NCBI GenBank assembly: GCA_963932905.1
Contig: CAWVRN010000020.1
Span: forward strand, 1 to 64,000
Direction: 5' to 3'
Source of the DNA: an uncultured Bdellovibrio sp.
GTDB taxonomy: Bacteria; Bdellovibrionota; Bdellovibrionia; Bdellovibrionales; Bdellovibrionaceae
DNA length: 64,000 nt
The notes beneath the pieces are model-generated. The model searched no databases, was not told where the DNA came from, and saw only the letters and a list, made by a program, of their open reading frames with translations. This document shows positions 1 through 9,710 of the stretch, piece after piece. Position 1 is the stretch's first letter; each line of letters opens with the position of its first letter. The translations under genes and the position numbers were made by a program.

Positions 1-47
1 TTCATGCTCCTTTTTTTATGACTAATTGCTTCCCACTAAGACCCGTT

Positions 48-128
48 ATGAACCGTACAAGCTTTATTTTAAGTGGATTGTTGGTGGCAGCGACGGCTAT
101 TAAAGCGTTGGCAGATACGATAACCTGA
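48..128 (+). pseudogene. Signal-peptide-only ORF (MNRTSFILSGLLVAATAIKALADTIT*), probable remnant of a secreted-protein gene
   Basis: Manual translation shows an n-region, an h-region and an ALA-D cleavage site, with a stop four residues later. Confidence 0.35.
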
Positions 129-166
129 CAACGATCACACCGTCACAAAAGGACTCGTCGTTAGAA

Positions 167-2278
167 TTATCGGTACTCAGGTTCAGCAGGAAGAACTTTT
201 AAATACTCTATAAGTTCTTTTTTCTCTTGCTCACTAAGTTCAACACCATATTCATGACCCATATTTGAGTTTCCAGCAATTCGAGTATCAAGACATTTTT
301 CATAGATCGAAGTACTTTTAGGACATTCTTCGAATACAGAAGTTTTAATTCCTATTTTCTCTATATCAAACTCTTGAGTTCCTTTCAAAATAAAGGCCTT
401 TGGGCGTTTGTTAACTGGTTGTAGTAAATCATACAATGTAGGAACAGATCCATTGTGCAAAAATGGTCCGGTAGCCCATGCGCCAGATAGATGACGTGCT
501 TTATACCCTGATCCAGCGGGTGTGTTTCCGTAGTCGAGATCGTATTTGTTTTGGTCTTGGAACCCCAAATAGGTATCTCTAACGAACTCTTTACCGTGCA
601 GATCAACAGCTGAGATTTCAAGTTTTTCTTTTTCAGACATGGGATTGTGGCTGTAATATATTTTTCTGACTTCATTAACAACTTTAGATGCAGCAACGCT
701 AAAGTTAGTGCCATTTACAGTTTTAGTCACATTAATAGCTGTGTTCGGATCAGTCCCAATTTCCGTCAATGAAAATACTTTGTAATCACGCAAGTTTTTA
801 TGTGGCCCAACAAAGCTATCAGTTTCATGACAGCTTTGACACTTAGATTCATAGATTTTTTTTCCTGATTCCAGAAGATTTTTTTGTATTTGATATTCTG
901 TAATTTGTTTTTGATCGGCAAAAACTTTTTCCCAAGATGGAGGTGCGATCTGATACATTAAATTTTCTAGATAATACAAAGCATGGAGATTTACCGAAGT
1001 CATATTTTTTTCAACAGAGTAAGCTCCCCCAACAGCCAGTGTTTGTCCTACATTTCTGAGGAGTGTGGAATTCATATTTGCAAAATAATGTTTCATTGAC
1101 ATATATTTTGTTCCCCAAACCCACGGAAAGGACACGGGAGCATTTTCGTTTACCAGATCGTCACCGCGTACATAGTTGTTTCCAAAGGCACCAAATGCAT
1201 CGGATCTGCCAAACAGAAAAGGTGTTGATTTTAGATCTGGTCGTTCTCCAATAGCTCTAGCTCCAAACCATTCAGCTAGAATTTCTAATTCACCAATGTT
1301 GTCTGACTCTGTTAGGCCATGAGTCAAACGAGCTAATCTTAAAAAACCATTAGTCAATGGTTTGCGAATTTTACGAAATTGAGTTTTGTCGTTTAAATAT
1401 TTTGCAGATACTAATGTCCATAAATAGGAAAGATCACCAACAAATGAAATATGATTTTGTTTTAATTTTTGATCCAGTGAATTCAGGATGGGAGTGAGAG
1501 TGTGCTCAGCAACATCATTTTTGAACTGGCGGCTAAAATTTTCACTGTCACGTTTGGGGTCTATGAAACTCAACTCAGGATTTTGATCTTTAATGCGTCC
1601 AAGAAAAGACTCTAACATATCCTGTTTTACAAAAAGAGCGACCGTAGAAACAACAATATCACCATAAAAATTTTTGAGTGTGACAGCTGAAGGGGCGCCA
1701 AGGACGTGAACTTTTTCATTTTTATTATTTATTGATAGGTTAAGTTCAGCTTGATGGCAAAGCGAGCAATTTGTCCCGATGGTTTTAATTGATTTCATTC
1801 CATTGATGTTCCTGACTAACTCTTCTTCGTTGGCGAAAGCATTCGAGTTTTGAGGTGAATGATTAGTCCATTCGACAGTTAAACCTGTATAGGGTAGTAT
1901 AAATTGTTTTTCTTGGCCATTCTCGGTGAATTTCATGTGATTTGATTGCACCAGACCATATCGTTGGGTCATTTCTTCGAATGACGGAGATAGAACAGGT
2001 AAAGACGGGGTTCCATTCTCATCTTTGAAATTAACTGAATTTAGTGCCTTAAGCCATAAATAGGGATAAACATTAGTTCCTGTGGTCAAATGCTCCCACT
2101 TTGCAAGTTCATCTGAATTCATTGGTACTATAGAGTCGTTTTTCTTTTGATTGATTCCCGCGTAATTGCTTCCTATAGAAAGTTCAGAGTTTTTTTGCTG
2201 AGTGCACGAAATCAAAATGAAAACAGAGATTGTGAGTAAAGTAGAAATAGATCTGGTTCGAATCAAATTTAAACGCAT
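167..2278 (-). CDS. RoxA-like di-heme cytochrome c lipoprotein
   Basis: Two CxxCH motifs (CSLCH, CQSCH), C-terminal GYKARHLSGAWATGPFLHNGSVPTLYDLL and GNSNMGHEYG motifs typical of RoxA/cytochrome c peroxidase-like proteins, lipobox LISC. Confidence 0.8.
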   Translation of the reverse strand: MRLNLIRTRSISTLLTISVFILISCTQQKNSELSIGSNYAGINQKKNDSIVPMNSDELAKWEHLTTGTNVYPYLWLKALNSVNFKDENGTPSLPVLSPSFEEMTQRYGLVQSNHMKFTENGQEKQFILPYTGLTVEWTNHSPQNSNAFANEEELVRNINGMKSIKTIGTNCSLCHQAELNLSINNKNEKVHVLGAPSAVTLKNFYGDIVVSTVALFVKQDMLESFLGRIKDQNPELSFIDPKRDSENFSRQFKNDVAEHTLTPILNSLDQKLKQNHISFVGDLSYLWTLVSAKYLNDKTQFRKIRKPLTNGFLRLARLTHGLTESDNIGELEILAEWFGARAIGERPDLKSTPFLFGRSDAFGAFGNNYVRGDDLVNENAPVSFPWVWGTKYMSMKHYFANMNSTLLRNVGQTLAVGGAYSVEKNMTSVNLHALYYLENLMYQIAPPSWEKVFADQKQITEYQIQKNLLESGKKIYESKCQSCHETDSFVGPHKNLRDYKVFSLTEIGTDPNTAINVTKTVNGTNFSVAASKVVNEVRKIYYSHNPMSEKEKLEISAVDLHGKEFVRDTYLGFQDQNKYDLDYGNTPAGSGYKARHLSGAWATGPFLHNGSVPTLYDLLQPVNKRPKAFILKGTQEFDIEKIGIKTSVFEECPKSTSIYEKCLDTRIAGNSNMGHEYGVELSEQEKKELIEYLKVLPAEPEYR

Positions 2279-2455
2279 ATATATTGGCCCCTAATAGGAA
2301 ACTATGTGTAGTTTTCGGTTTTATACTAAGACTATGGTTTTATGGTGAGTAAAATTTTTTTGATATGAAAAAAATCTAGGATGTTCAAGATAAGAGTGGG
2401 CTTTTTAAAGACACTGAGCTCCGGTTTGTTCCTCGAACGTTAGCCATTATTTCGT

Positions 2456-3103
2456 TTGCGAATAGTTCTTTCCAAGTTGGTGCTATTACACGAAATACTA
2501 GAAAAGCTCAGACACACTCAAATTCGCACATATGCGCCTTTGCGCTCTACCTCAAAAACGATTTACAGATCCTGTTTCAGCAACGGCCTATATAGTGACA
2601 TCAAAAACAATCTTAAAAAAACTTTCAATTACTCGACCGCTCAAGATATTGGGACTGAGCCTAACTCTTCGGGAGGCGGGCTAGTTCGGGTCTTGGCCTC
2701 GCCGATATTTGAAGTTGATCCGCTATACACAGGGACGAAAGCTAAAGTTTTTGTAAAGGCCAAATGGTCTATGACATTAGATCATCCGAACGGAGCTTAT
2801 CTTTCGATTGCTGAAGAGTCTCATTACAAAACGAATAAAAAGAGTAAGAGTGTTTCCTTAAAGGAACCAGTTATTGGTAACCCACATTTGACTTCGGAAT
2901 CACGAACGCAAGTTATTAATTATTTGAAAAGTCAGATTATAAACGCAGTCCAATTTAAAAAAGGATCTGCTAAAGTTTATGATGCCTGCACTTCAATTCC
3001 CGAACTTAGAGATTTTATGGAATCAAAAATTAGCTCCTTTGAAACCAATACCAACCCGAAGGCCCCAGCGCCAGTCAAGCCGGCATCTGGGAGAGCTCGA
3101 TAA
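2456..3103 (+). CDS. Hypothetical protein, 5' end uncertain or possibly degraded
   Basis: 215-aa ORF with TTG start and no clear RBS; Pro/Ala-rich C-terminal tail. Confidence 0.45.
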   Translation: MRIVLSKLVLLHEILEKLRHTQIRTYAPLRSTSKTIYRSCFSNGLYSDIKNNLKKTFNYSTAQDIGTEPNSSGGGLVRVLASPIFEVDPLYTGTKAKVFVKAKWSMTLDHPNGAYLSIAEESHYKTNKKSKSVSLKEPVIGNPHLTSESRTQVINYLKSQIINAVQFKKGSAKVYDACTSIPELRDFMESKISSFETNTNPKAPAPVKPASGRAR

Positions 3104-3115
3104 AACCCCTCGTTG

Positions 3116-3601
3116 TTAAGAGGCTCCATGGCGGTTACGATCAGCGTCCCAACGCTTCTTTTTAAAAAAATATAAAACTCGCATGGTTATTAAGAAGAGC
3201 GGAATCAAAACCACAAAGCCAAAAAACATCCCCGATAAATGGACCCCGGATGTCGGAGAATCAAAGGCTCGTCTGGCAGCGGCCTCGACCACAGGATCAA
3301 ATAACCGTAAACGACCAATAATAATCGTGGCACAAATCACTCCAAAAATACTAGGAATCATGTAGGTGATGGCCGTTAATGAACCATATTTTTTCGGCAT
3401 TACTTTGCTCCATCGCCAATTAGCGAGGCAAAGCGGAAGGCCAATTCCAAAAGCAAGTATTAAAATAAACTGTAAATAAAAAAAGAGATCAACTTTCGAT
3501 CTAGGATAAACGTCCCTAATTGGGATATTCTCTTGAGCATAAACATTAAATAGCGGAGTCATAGCTAAAATAAAGAATAAGACAGTGGTTAGTTTTCTCA
3601 T
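3116..3601 (-). CDS. Hypothetical membrane protein
   Basis: Signal-like N-terminus plus about 3 hydrophobic helices; GAGGT RBS before ATG 3601. Confidence 0.65.
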   Translation of the reverse strand: MRKLTTVLFFILAMTPLFNVYAQENIPIRDVYPRSKVDLFFYLQFILILAFGIGLPLCLANWRWSKVMPKKYGSLTAITYMIPSIFGVICATIIIGRLRLFDPVVEAAARRAFDSPTSGVHLSGMFFGFVVLIPLFLITMRVLYFFKKKRWDADRNRHGAS

Positions 3602-3609
3602 AGTACACC

Positions 3610-3900
3610 TCATTTTTTTGAAACTTGTTTAAGAATATCTTGTAGTTTTGCAAGATGCTGTTTAAAGGCAATTTTGCCAGTCTCAGATATGCAAATGGTT
3701 GTTAAGGGTTTTTTTTCCACAAAGCTTTTTTTGATTTCAACCGACCGACTGCCTTCTAGTTTGGCCAAGTGGGATGATAGATTTCCTTTAGTCAAACTGG
3801 TGCGAAGAAGGAGCTCACTAAAACTGATCGGCTCCTTGCTCTTATATAAAACTGTCATAATTTCGAGTCGTGCTCGATCGTAAAAAAGTGGGTTGTCCAC
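3610..3900 (-). CDS. Winged-helix transcriptional regulator (HTH_34/MarR-like)
   Basis: RLEIMTVL..SFSEL..LTKGNLSSHLAKLE..KKSFVEKKPLT..SETGK..F pattern. Confidence 0.85.
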   Translation of the reverse strand: MDNPLFYDRARLEIMTVLYKSKEPISFSELLLRTSLTKGNLSSHLAKLEGSRSVEIKKSFVEKKPLTTICISETGKIAFKQHLAKLQDILKQVSKK

Positions 3901-3904
3901 AAGC

Positions 3905-4570
3905 TTACCTAACCTTAGCCAGAGAGTTCAAAAGATTTATGTTCGAAAAAAAACTGACGACGATAAAAAACGACAAGGCGTCTGAAATAGTCAGATTAGA
4001 ATTCCAAAAAACTAAACCACCGATAAGCAAACCAACTGTTCCAAAAACTATTCGGATCGGCTTGCCAAAATGAAACAAACGACCTTGCCAAATATAATCC
4101 AAGGTAAATAAACACAACAAAGGTGACACTAGTTCCGAATGCTTATAGGAAATGACAAGGGAGATGGTAGCAAATTTAATGATTAAATCCGACAAGAAAC
4201 TTTGTGCCATAAGATAGTGAAAATTTCTATTGATGAAGTCAGAAAACCTTAGCTCGCTATTTCTTGCCGCTTTCCAAATAATTGCATACAAAGAAACAGA
4301 TCCAAGAACAAGAATCGAAAATGTAATACCGATTGTCATGGTTGCCAACTCGTGATCCAAACGAGAACCTTCAAAAGCTTTGTCTAAGATCTGCGGGTCA
4401 ATCCTATTCAAGCTCCAGAGCGCCAGGGCAGCCATAAACGCGAGTGCATTTATGATAAATTCTAATTTCAATGTTTTACGCTTTTCAGGAGAAGAAACAG
4501 TTTCATCAAATGCTGAACGCAAATACTCGATATCTGCCAACGCTTTTTTTACTAACTCGTCGTTATTCAT
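3905..4570 (-). CDS. Multi-pass membrane protein co-transcribed with the wHTH regulator
   Basis: About 6 hydrophobic segments, N-terminal ALADIEYLR motif, GGAGG RBS. Confidence 0.7.
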   Translation of the reverse strand: MNNDELVKKALADIEYLRSAFDETVSSPEKRKTLKLEFIINALAFMAALALWSLNRIDPQILDKAFEGSRLDHELATMTIGITFSILVLGSVSLYAIIWKAARNSELRFSDFINRNFHYLMAQSFLSDLIIKFATISLVISYKHSELVSPLLCLFTLDYIWQGRLFHFGKPIRIVFGTVGLLIGGLVFWNSNLTISDALSFFIVVSFFSNINLLNSLAKVR

Positions 4571-4586
4571 AATGCCCTCCAGACTA

Positions 4587-4601
4587 GTTTGTATTACAAA
4601 C
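4587..4601. promoter_or_regulatory. Palindromic operator GTTTGTA-T-TACAAAC, probable autoregulatory site of the wHTH operon
   Basis: Perfect 7-bp inverted repeat between the RBS and a minus-strand TTGACA-N17-CATAGT promoter. Confidence 0.6.
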
Positions 4602-4775
4602 CACTATGAATTATAGTTGAAAGATTGTCAAAATTGTCTCGTAAAGATGATCCATTTTGAGATGACCGTATGTCTGGGGACCAAAAGTGTTTCCAAGTGG
4701 TACCGAACTCTAATGTATTTTGTTTCCGTAGCCCTGAAGCAAATTCCGCTGTGTATAACGTTTTAAATAAATCTT

Positions 4776-5063
4776 TTAACGTCGGTCTTTCTTAGCGTCT
4801 TCGATTTTTTTTTGATAAAGTGCTTTTAAACTTTCAATTTCTTGTTGGTGTTTTACATCTTGAGCATTTAGTTTTTCACGCATTGTGTTTCTGACTTCGG
4901 TGATTTCTTCACCGGTACGCGTTTTAATATTTTCGATCGTTTCGGCGTGATCGACTTTAAGATCTTCGATGGATTGCTTGTGCTTTTTTTCCAGATCGTT
5001 TTCACGTTGGCTATAGTAATCTTGGATCCTGTTATTATCGCCGGATCGGGTAATGCTGCTCAT
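4776..5063 (-). CDS. Small coiled-coil hypothetical protein
   Basis: 95 aa, rich in K/E/Q heptad-like sequence. Confidence 0.65.
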   Translation of the reverse strand: MSSITRSGDNNRIQDYYSQRENDLEKKHKQSIEDLKVDHAETIENIKTRTGEEITEVRNTMREKLNAQDVKHQQEIESLKALYQKKIEDAKKDRR

Positions 5064-5272
5064 TCTTAAAATTTAACAAACTTATTTGCTTGTTGGAAGC
5101 TAGACTCTACGAAAGATCTGGGCCCCATACCAAGCATCCTTGTTGTCGGCCATTCCTGCACCAAAGTACCCAGAGTCTAATGAAGAGATCACACCTTTGT
5201 GACTACCACGCTGTTAATGGAAACGGCAGATCGTCGCGATCCATTTTTTGTAATGGCATGTTGATTTTAAAT

Positions 5273-6013
5273 TTATGGATCAAAAATCACTCCATCATCA
5301 AGGATCGCATTGTATAAAATATTATGGGCATCGATATCACCACCCTCAATGAGAAAATCTAAGCGGGAAAATTCGGTTTTATGAAGATCGATTTTGTTTA
5401 CCTTAAGCCAGTTTTTAAATCCGCGATGAATGGCGGCGACTCGCTGACGATATTTCGTAATTCGCTGATTCATATGATTTAACTCCGCTGATGTAAACGA
5501 ATCATCGGCAAAGAAGATCTCACTACCTGTTGGGCCTTCAAAATATTCTTTCACAATTGTGGACGTCATATATTTTGATCCCAATACGTCTGTGTATTCC
5601 ACTGAATAGTCTATGACCGCGGGTACGTTTAGACCGTGTTCCAAATAGTAACGAGTTACAGCCATTTCATAAAAAATCGAATTAGGCCACGTGTTGTTGT
5701 CTTGCGTTCGTTTAATTTGAACTAGTTTTCCATTGGGTGCTTTGCACAGATAAACTTTAACTCGCTCGCGGTCGCCACCCAGTTTACCAATAACTTTGTA
5801 AGCGATACCGTTCACGGCCAATTGTGTGACATCCGTCGTCTCTAGCAAGTTGCTTCGAAACTGATGAATCTTACTGATTAGTGCCGGAAACGGGTGAACT
5901 TTCTGATGATAAAAGCCTAGGCATTTAGAAGTGGCGTGAATTGGTAAACAGCCGAGCAACGAAAGTACTATAAGGTAGTTTTTAAGCGTAGTTAGCCATT
6001 TTTTTAGCGCCAT
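5273..6013 (-). CDS. Secreted protein-kinase-like (PKL fold) protein
   Basis: Signal peptide; LVQIK (beta3 Lys), helix-C Glu (FYEM), IVKEYFEG hinge, GDIDAHNILY catalytic loop, terminal IFDP. Confidence 0.6.
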   Translation of the reverse strand: MALKKWLTTLKNYLIVLSLLGCLPIHATSKCLGFYHQKVHPFPALISKIHQFRSNLLETTDVTQLAVNGIAYKVIGKLGGDRERVKVYLCKAPNGKLVQIKRTQDNNTWPNSIFYEMAVTRYYLEHGLNVPAVIDYSVEYTDVLGSKYMTSTIVKEYFEGPTGSEIFFADDSFTSAELNHMNQRITKYRQRVAAIHRGFKNWLKVNKIDLHKTEFSRLDFLIEGGDIDAHNILYNAILDDGVIFDP

Positions 6014-6025
6014 ACCTAGTGGTAA

Positions 6026-6041
6026 GGCAAAGCTGGCGCCG
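6026..6041 (-). promoter_or_regulatory. sigma54-like -24/-12 promoter CGGCGC-N5-TTGC
   Basis: GG-N10-GC spacing, 13 nt upstream of the kinase-like ATG. Confidence 0.5.
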
Positions 6042-6111
6042 CTGCTAGAGCATTGAGCGTCTCGAAACGAGACGCTGTCGATTTTAGCACTCGGAGTCTT
6101 ACATTAGAGTC

Positions 6112-7410
6112 TTAACCATTAAACAGTGGCTTAACCCAAAGAGTTTGCTCGCGGCCCGGGCCGACGGAAATAACATCAATCGGTGATCCTAAGTAATTAG
6201 AAATGAAGTCTAAATAGCTGGTCGCATTTCTTGGAAGATCTTTCAGCCGGGTGATTTTAGAAATATCTTCTTTCCAACCAGGAAGGTATTCAATGATTGG
6301 TTCGACCTTTTCTAATTCATGGGGAGATGGTGGCAGATCTTGTATTGTTTCGCCATGTAATTTGTAGCCGGTGCATACGCCAATTTTTTCGTGACCAGAT
6401 AATACATCAAGTTTCATCAGTGCTGTGTTTGTAATACCGTTCAGACGAATGGCATATTTCAATGCCACTAGATCTAACCAACCGCAACGACGTGGACGAC
6501 CTGTTGTCGAACCGAATTCATGACCGTCCGCTTGAAGTTTAGCCCCAACGCTATCGGTTAGTTCCGTCGGGAATGGACCAGATCCCACGCGGGTCGCGTA
6601 CGCTTTGAAAACACCAATCACTTCTTTGATATGAGTTGGGCCAACACCTGCGCCGGTGCAGGCTGAACCAGAAATTGTCGCTGATGAAGTTACAAACGGG
6701 TAGGTACCGTGAAGAATATCAAGCATTGTCCCTTGAGCACCTTCGAATAAAACGCGTTTGTTGTTTTTAAGCATTTTATTAACGATCAAAGACGTATCTT
6801 TTTGGCGATATGGAGCTAGCTCTTCCGCTACAGATAACAACTGTGAATGTAGTTCGGTCACGTTGAATTCAGTCGCGCCGTATAGAGTTTTTAGTAAATG
6901 ATTTTTTTCTTTTAATACGAAATCTAATTTATCGAAGAGATTGGTTGGGTTAAATAAGTCACCGAACAAAATCGCACGACGAGCGGCGCGGTCCTCATAC
7001 GCTGGGCCAATGCCTTTGCCAGTTGTGCCGATTTTATCATTCGACAAGGCTTTCTCGCGCGCTTGATCCAAAGTCTTGTGGTACGGGAGTAAAACCGTAG
7101 CTAAATCAGAGATGCACAATTGTTTTGGATTCTGTAAGAAACCATTTTTTTTAAGTTTAGTGATTTCATCGATCAAACCGAAAACATCGACAACGACACC
7201 AGCAGCAATTACGCATTGTGTGTCTGCGCGTAAGATACCTGACGGGATCAAATGAAGAACTGTTTTTTCACCTTTGACTACCAGAGTATGGCCGGCATTT
7301 GCGCCGCCTTGGAATCGTACAACCATATCCGCGTTTTCAGAAAACACGTCGATCAGTTTACCTTTACCCTCGTCGCCCCATTGAGCCCCAACAACCACAA
7401 CACCTGGCAT
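6112..7410 (-). CDS. purA: Adenylosuccinate synthetase
   Basis: GAQWGDEGKGK, QGGANAGHT, EGAQG and TTGRPRRCGWLD motifs. Confidence 0.98.
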   Translation of the reverse strand: MPGVVVVGAQWGDEGKGKLIDVFSENADMVVRFQGGANAGHTLVVKGEKTVLHLIPSGILRADTQCVIAAGVVVDVFGLIDEITKLKKNGFLQNPKQLCISDLATVLLPYHKTLDQAREKALSNDKIGTTGKGIGPAYEDRAARRAILFGDLFNPTNLFDKLDFVLKEKNHLLKTLYGATEFNVTELHSQLLSVAEELAPYRQKDTSLIVNKMLKNNKRVLFEGAQGTMLDILHGTYPFVTSSATISGSACTGAGVGPTHIKEVIGVFKAYATRVGSGPFPTELTDSVGAKLQADGHEFGSTTGRPRRCGWLDLVALKYAIRLNGITNTALMKLDVLSGHEKIGVCTGYKLHGETIQDLPPSPHELEKVEPIIEYLPGWKEDISKITRLKDLPRNATSYLDFISNYLGSPIDVISVGPGREQTLWVKPLFNG

Positions 7411-7484
7411 GTATCATCCCTTCGAAGAATATCGATTTTGATTTGTTTAAGAACGCGAGATATTTAATTTTTTTCCAAATAAAG

Positions 7485-8471
7485 TCAAAGAAAACTAAAG
7501 TGCGAACCGTTGTACCAAGCCGATTTCGGAGGCAACGTATCTGATGTCGTTCCATCGCGGAAAAAGTGAATTAATTTTATTACGGCCTCCTCAGAGGCGC
7601 GTAGAAAGGCATCTTCCGTATAGGCCCCAACATGAGGGGTCATGATGACTTCGGGGAATAGAAGCAATTTTGACGTTCGAGGCAAAGGTTCTTTTTCAAA
7701 TACATCTAAAGCCACGCCTCGGAGCCATTTATTTTCTAGAGCTTTAACTAATGATTCCTCGTCGATGACAGTGCCTCGTGATGTGTTCACTAAAAAAACC
7801 TCACGATTAATATATTCGAACTGAGGGGCACTCAGCATTTTATGTGTTTCTTTGGTTTTTGGAACATGGAAACTGATTACATCTGACAGCTTTAAAAGAT
7901 CTTCGTAGCTGACTCGCTTGGCACTGTATTTATCGAACATGTCGTCGGCGATATAGGGGTCGTAGGCGACAATGTTCATTTTAAAGGCACGCGCCAATTC
8001 AGCCACCCTTGAACCAATGCGACCAAGTCCAACGATACCCCACGTTTTTTCTGCCAGTTCCGTACCTAAAATGCTCTCCTGACGCCACAATCCAGTTCTT
8101 GTTAACCGATCAGCCTCAAGCAATCGTTGATTCAGAGCTAACATCAACGTCAGAGTTAATTGGGCTGCCGATTCACGATTGGCATTGGGGGTGTTCATCG
8201 CCGTAATTCCCCATTTCTGAGTAGCGTCTAGGTCGATATGGTCGAAACCGCTAGTCGCTGTAATGACGACCTGAAGTTTTTTAGCTTGTTTCAATAGATC
8301 AGCGGTAATCAATGCACGCGAACGAATCAGCAATCCTTCTGCGGTCGCCAAATGAGGATTATTTTTTAACCTCAAAGGATCAGCTTTGATGATCTCGAAA
8401 TAATCTTGAGTTTCCATCATCTGCAGACTTTCTGAAGAAAATCGATCGCAGACTAATATTTTTTTCTTCAT
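7485..8471 (-). CDS. serA: D-3-phosphoglycerate / D-2-hydroxyacid dehydrogenase
   Basis: GIVGLGRIG, NTSRG, ALDVFEKEP and TPHVGAYT motifs; no C-terminal ACT domain. Confidence 0.8.
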   Translation of the reverse strand: MKKKILVCDRFSSESLQMMETQDYFEIIKADPLRLKNNPHLATAEGLLIRSRALITADLLKQAKKLQVVITATSGFDHIDLDATQKWGITAMNTPNANRESAAQLTLTLMLALNQRLLEADRLTRTGLWRQESILGTELAEKTWGIVGLGRIGSRVAELARAFKMNIVAYDPYIADDMFDKYSAKRVSYEDLLKLSDVISFHVPKTKETHKMLSAPQFEYINREVFLVNTSRGTVIDEESLVKALENKWLRGVALDVFEKEPLPRTSKLLLFPEVIMTPHVGAYTEDAFLRASEEAVIKLIHFFRDGTTSDTLPPKSAWYNGSHFSFL

Positions 8472-8480
8472 CGATTTGTC

Positions 8481-9644
8481 CTAGTGCTGAGTCGTCCAAT
8501 TTTTAAGTCGTGTGATGTAATCGTCATATTGAGTGGGTGGTTGGTATTTCATTTTTTCCAACCCACGATACAGCGCTGTTGCTAGTTGCAGAAGGTGAAC
8601 ATCTAAAATGTAACCCATGTGTCCAACACGAATGATTTTGCCTTTGGCTTGGTCTTGGCCGCCCATCAATGTTAAATTAAACTCGGTTTCGATCAGCTCA
8701 CGTAATTTTTGGCCATCGATATTTTCGGGAACGACTACGGCGGTCAACGATGCCGATTTTGATTTCGCGTAGGATTTTAAGCCCAGCAATTGAATCATTT
8801 CTGCGGTGAAATCGGCTCGGCGTTGAATGGATTTAAACAAACTGTCTAAGCCCTGATTTTCAACTTCGGTCAGGACAAAATTTAGCGCTTTGGTTAGTGT
8901 CACATTCGAACTAAAAAAAGTTTCGCCTTTGGCATTGGCTGCTATTTCTCTACGAATATCTAAATAAAATTTTGGAATTTTACTCTGAGCAAAAGTCGCT
9001 TGCGCTTTTTTAGAGAATGAAACGAAACTCATTCCGGTAGGCAACATAAAGGCTTTTTGTGAACCGCCCACTAAACCATCGATGTGCCACTGATCCATAG
9101 GCATAGGAACTGCGCCCAATGCCGTGATGGCATCGACAAGTAAAAGTGTCTTAGGGTAGGCGAGTACGATTTCGCCGATTTTTTGAATTGGATTTAAAAC
9201 ACCAGTGGACGTTTCGCAAGCTTGGGTCAATACAGCATGGTAAGATTTAGTTTTCAATTTTTCGGCAATAAGATCTGCAGAAACAGCTTCGCCCCAAGGC
9301 ACTTTGATTTCATCCACATTGACGCCATAAGTTTTCGCCATCTCGATCCAGCGTTCACCAAATTTGCCCGAATTTACGGCTAATACAGTGTCTCCCGGCG
9401 ATAGCGTGTTAACCAGCAGCGATTCCATTCCACCAGATCCAGTGGATGAAATCATATAGACAGGTTCTTCTGTTTGAAAAACTAGCTTTAATCGTTTCAA
9501 GGCTTGAGCAAGGATCTTGTCAAATTCAGGAGTGCGGTGATGAATCATTGGTTCTGATAGAATTTCACGCACTTTAGGGTGCAAATTCACCGGCCCGGGA
9601 GCCATTAAGGTATAATCGAAATGAAGATCAGCTTTTCCTTGCAT
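8481..9644 (-). CDS. Class V PLP aminotransferase (alanine-glyoxylate / serine-pyruvate type)
   Basis: PGPV, HHRTPEF, ETSTG, VDAIT and GSQKAFMLPTG (PLP lysine). Confidence 0.92.
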   Translation of the reverse strand: MQGKADLHFDYTLMAPGPVNLHPKVREILSEPMIHHRTPEFDKILAQALKRLKLVFQTEEPVYMISSTGSGGMESLLVNTLSPGDTVLAVNSGKFGERWIEMAKTYGVNVDEIKVPWGEAVSADLIAEKLKTKSYHAVLTQACETSTGVLNPIQKIGEIVLAYPKTLLLVDAITALGAVPMPMDQWHIDGLVGGSQKAFMLPTGMSFVSFSKKAQATFAQSKIPKFYLDIRREIAANAKGETFFSSNVTLTKALNFVLTEVENQGLDSLFKSIQRRADFTAEMIQLLGLKSYAKSKSASLTAVVVPENIDGQKLRELIETEFNLTLMGGQDQAKGKIIRVGHMGYILDVHLLQLATALYRGLEKMKYQPPTQYDDYITRLKNWTTQH

Positions 9645-9710
9645 GCTCTTAAGTCCCTATATTACAAATTATACATGCAGTGTAAGCGAAGAACCCAGGT
9701 TTGTGAAGTA

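Noticed and set aside
4676..4704. Possible degenerate copy of the GGTACC repeat unit
   Set aside because: Similarity is too low to separate from chance
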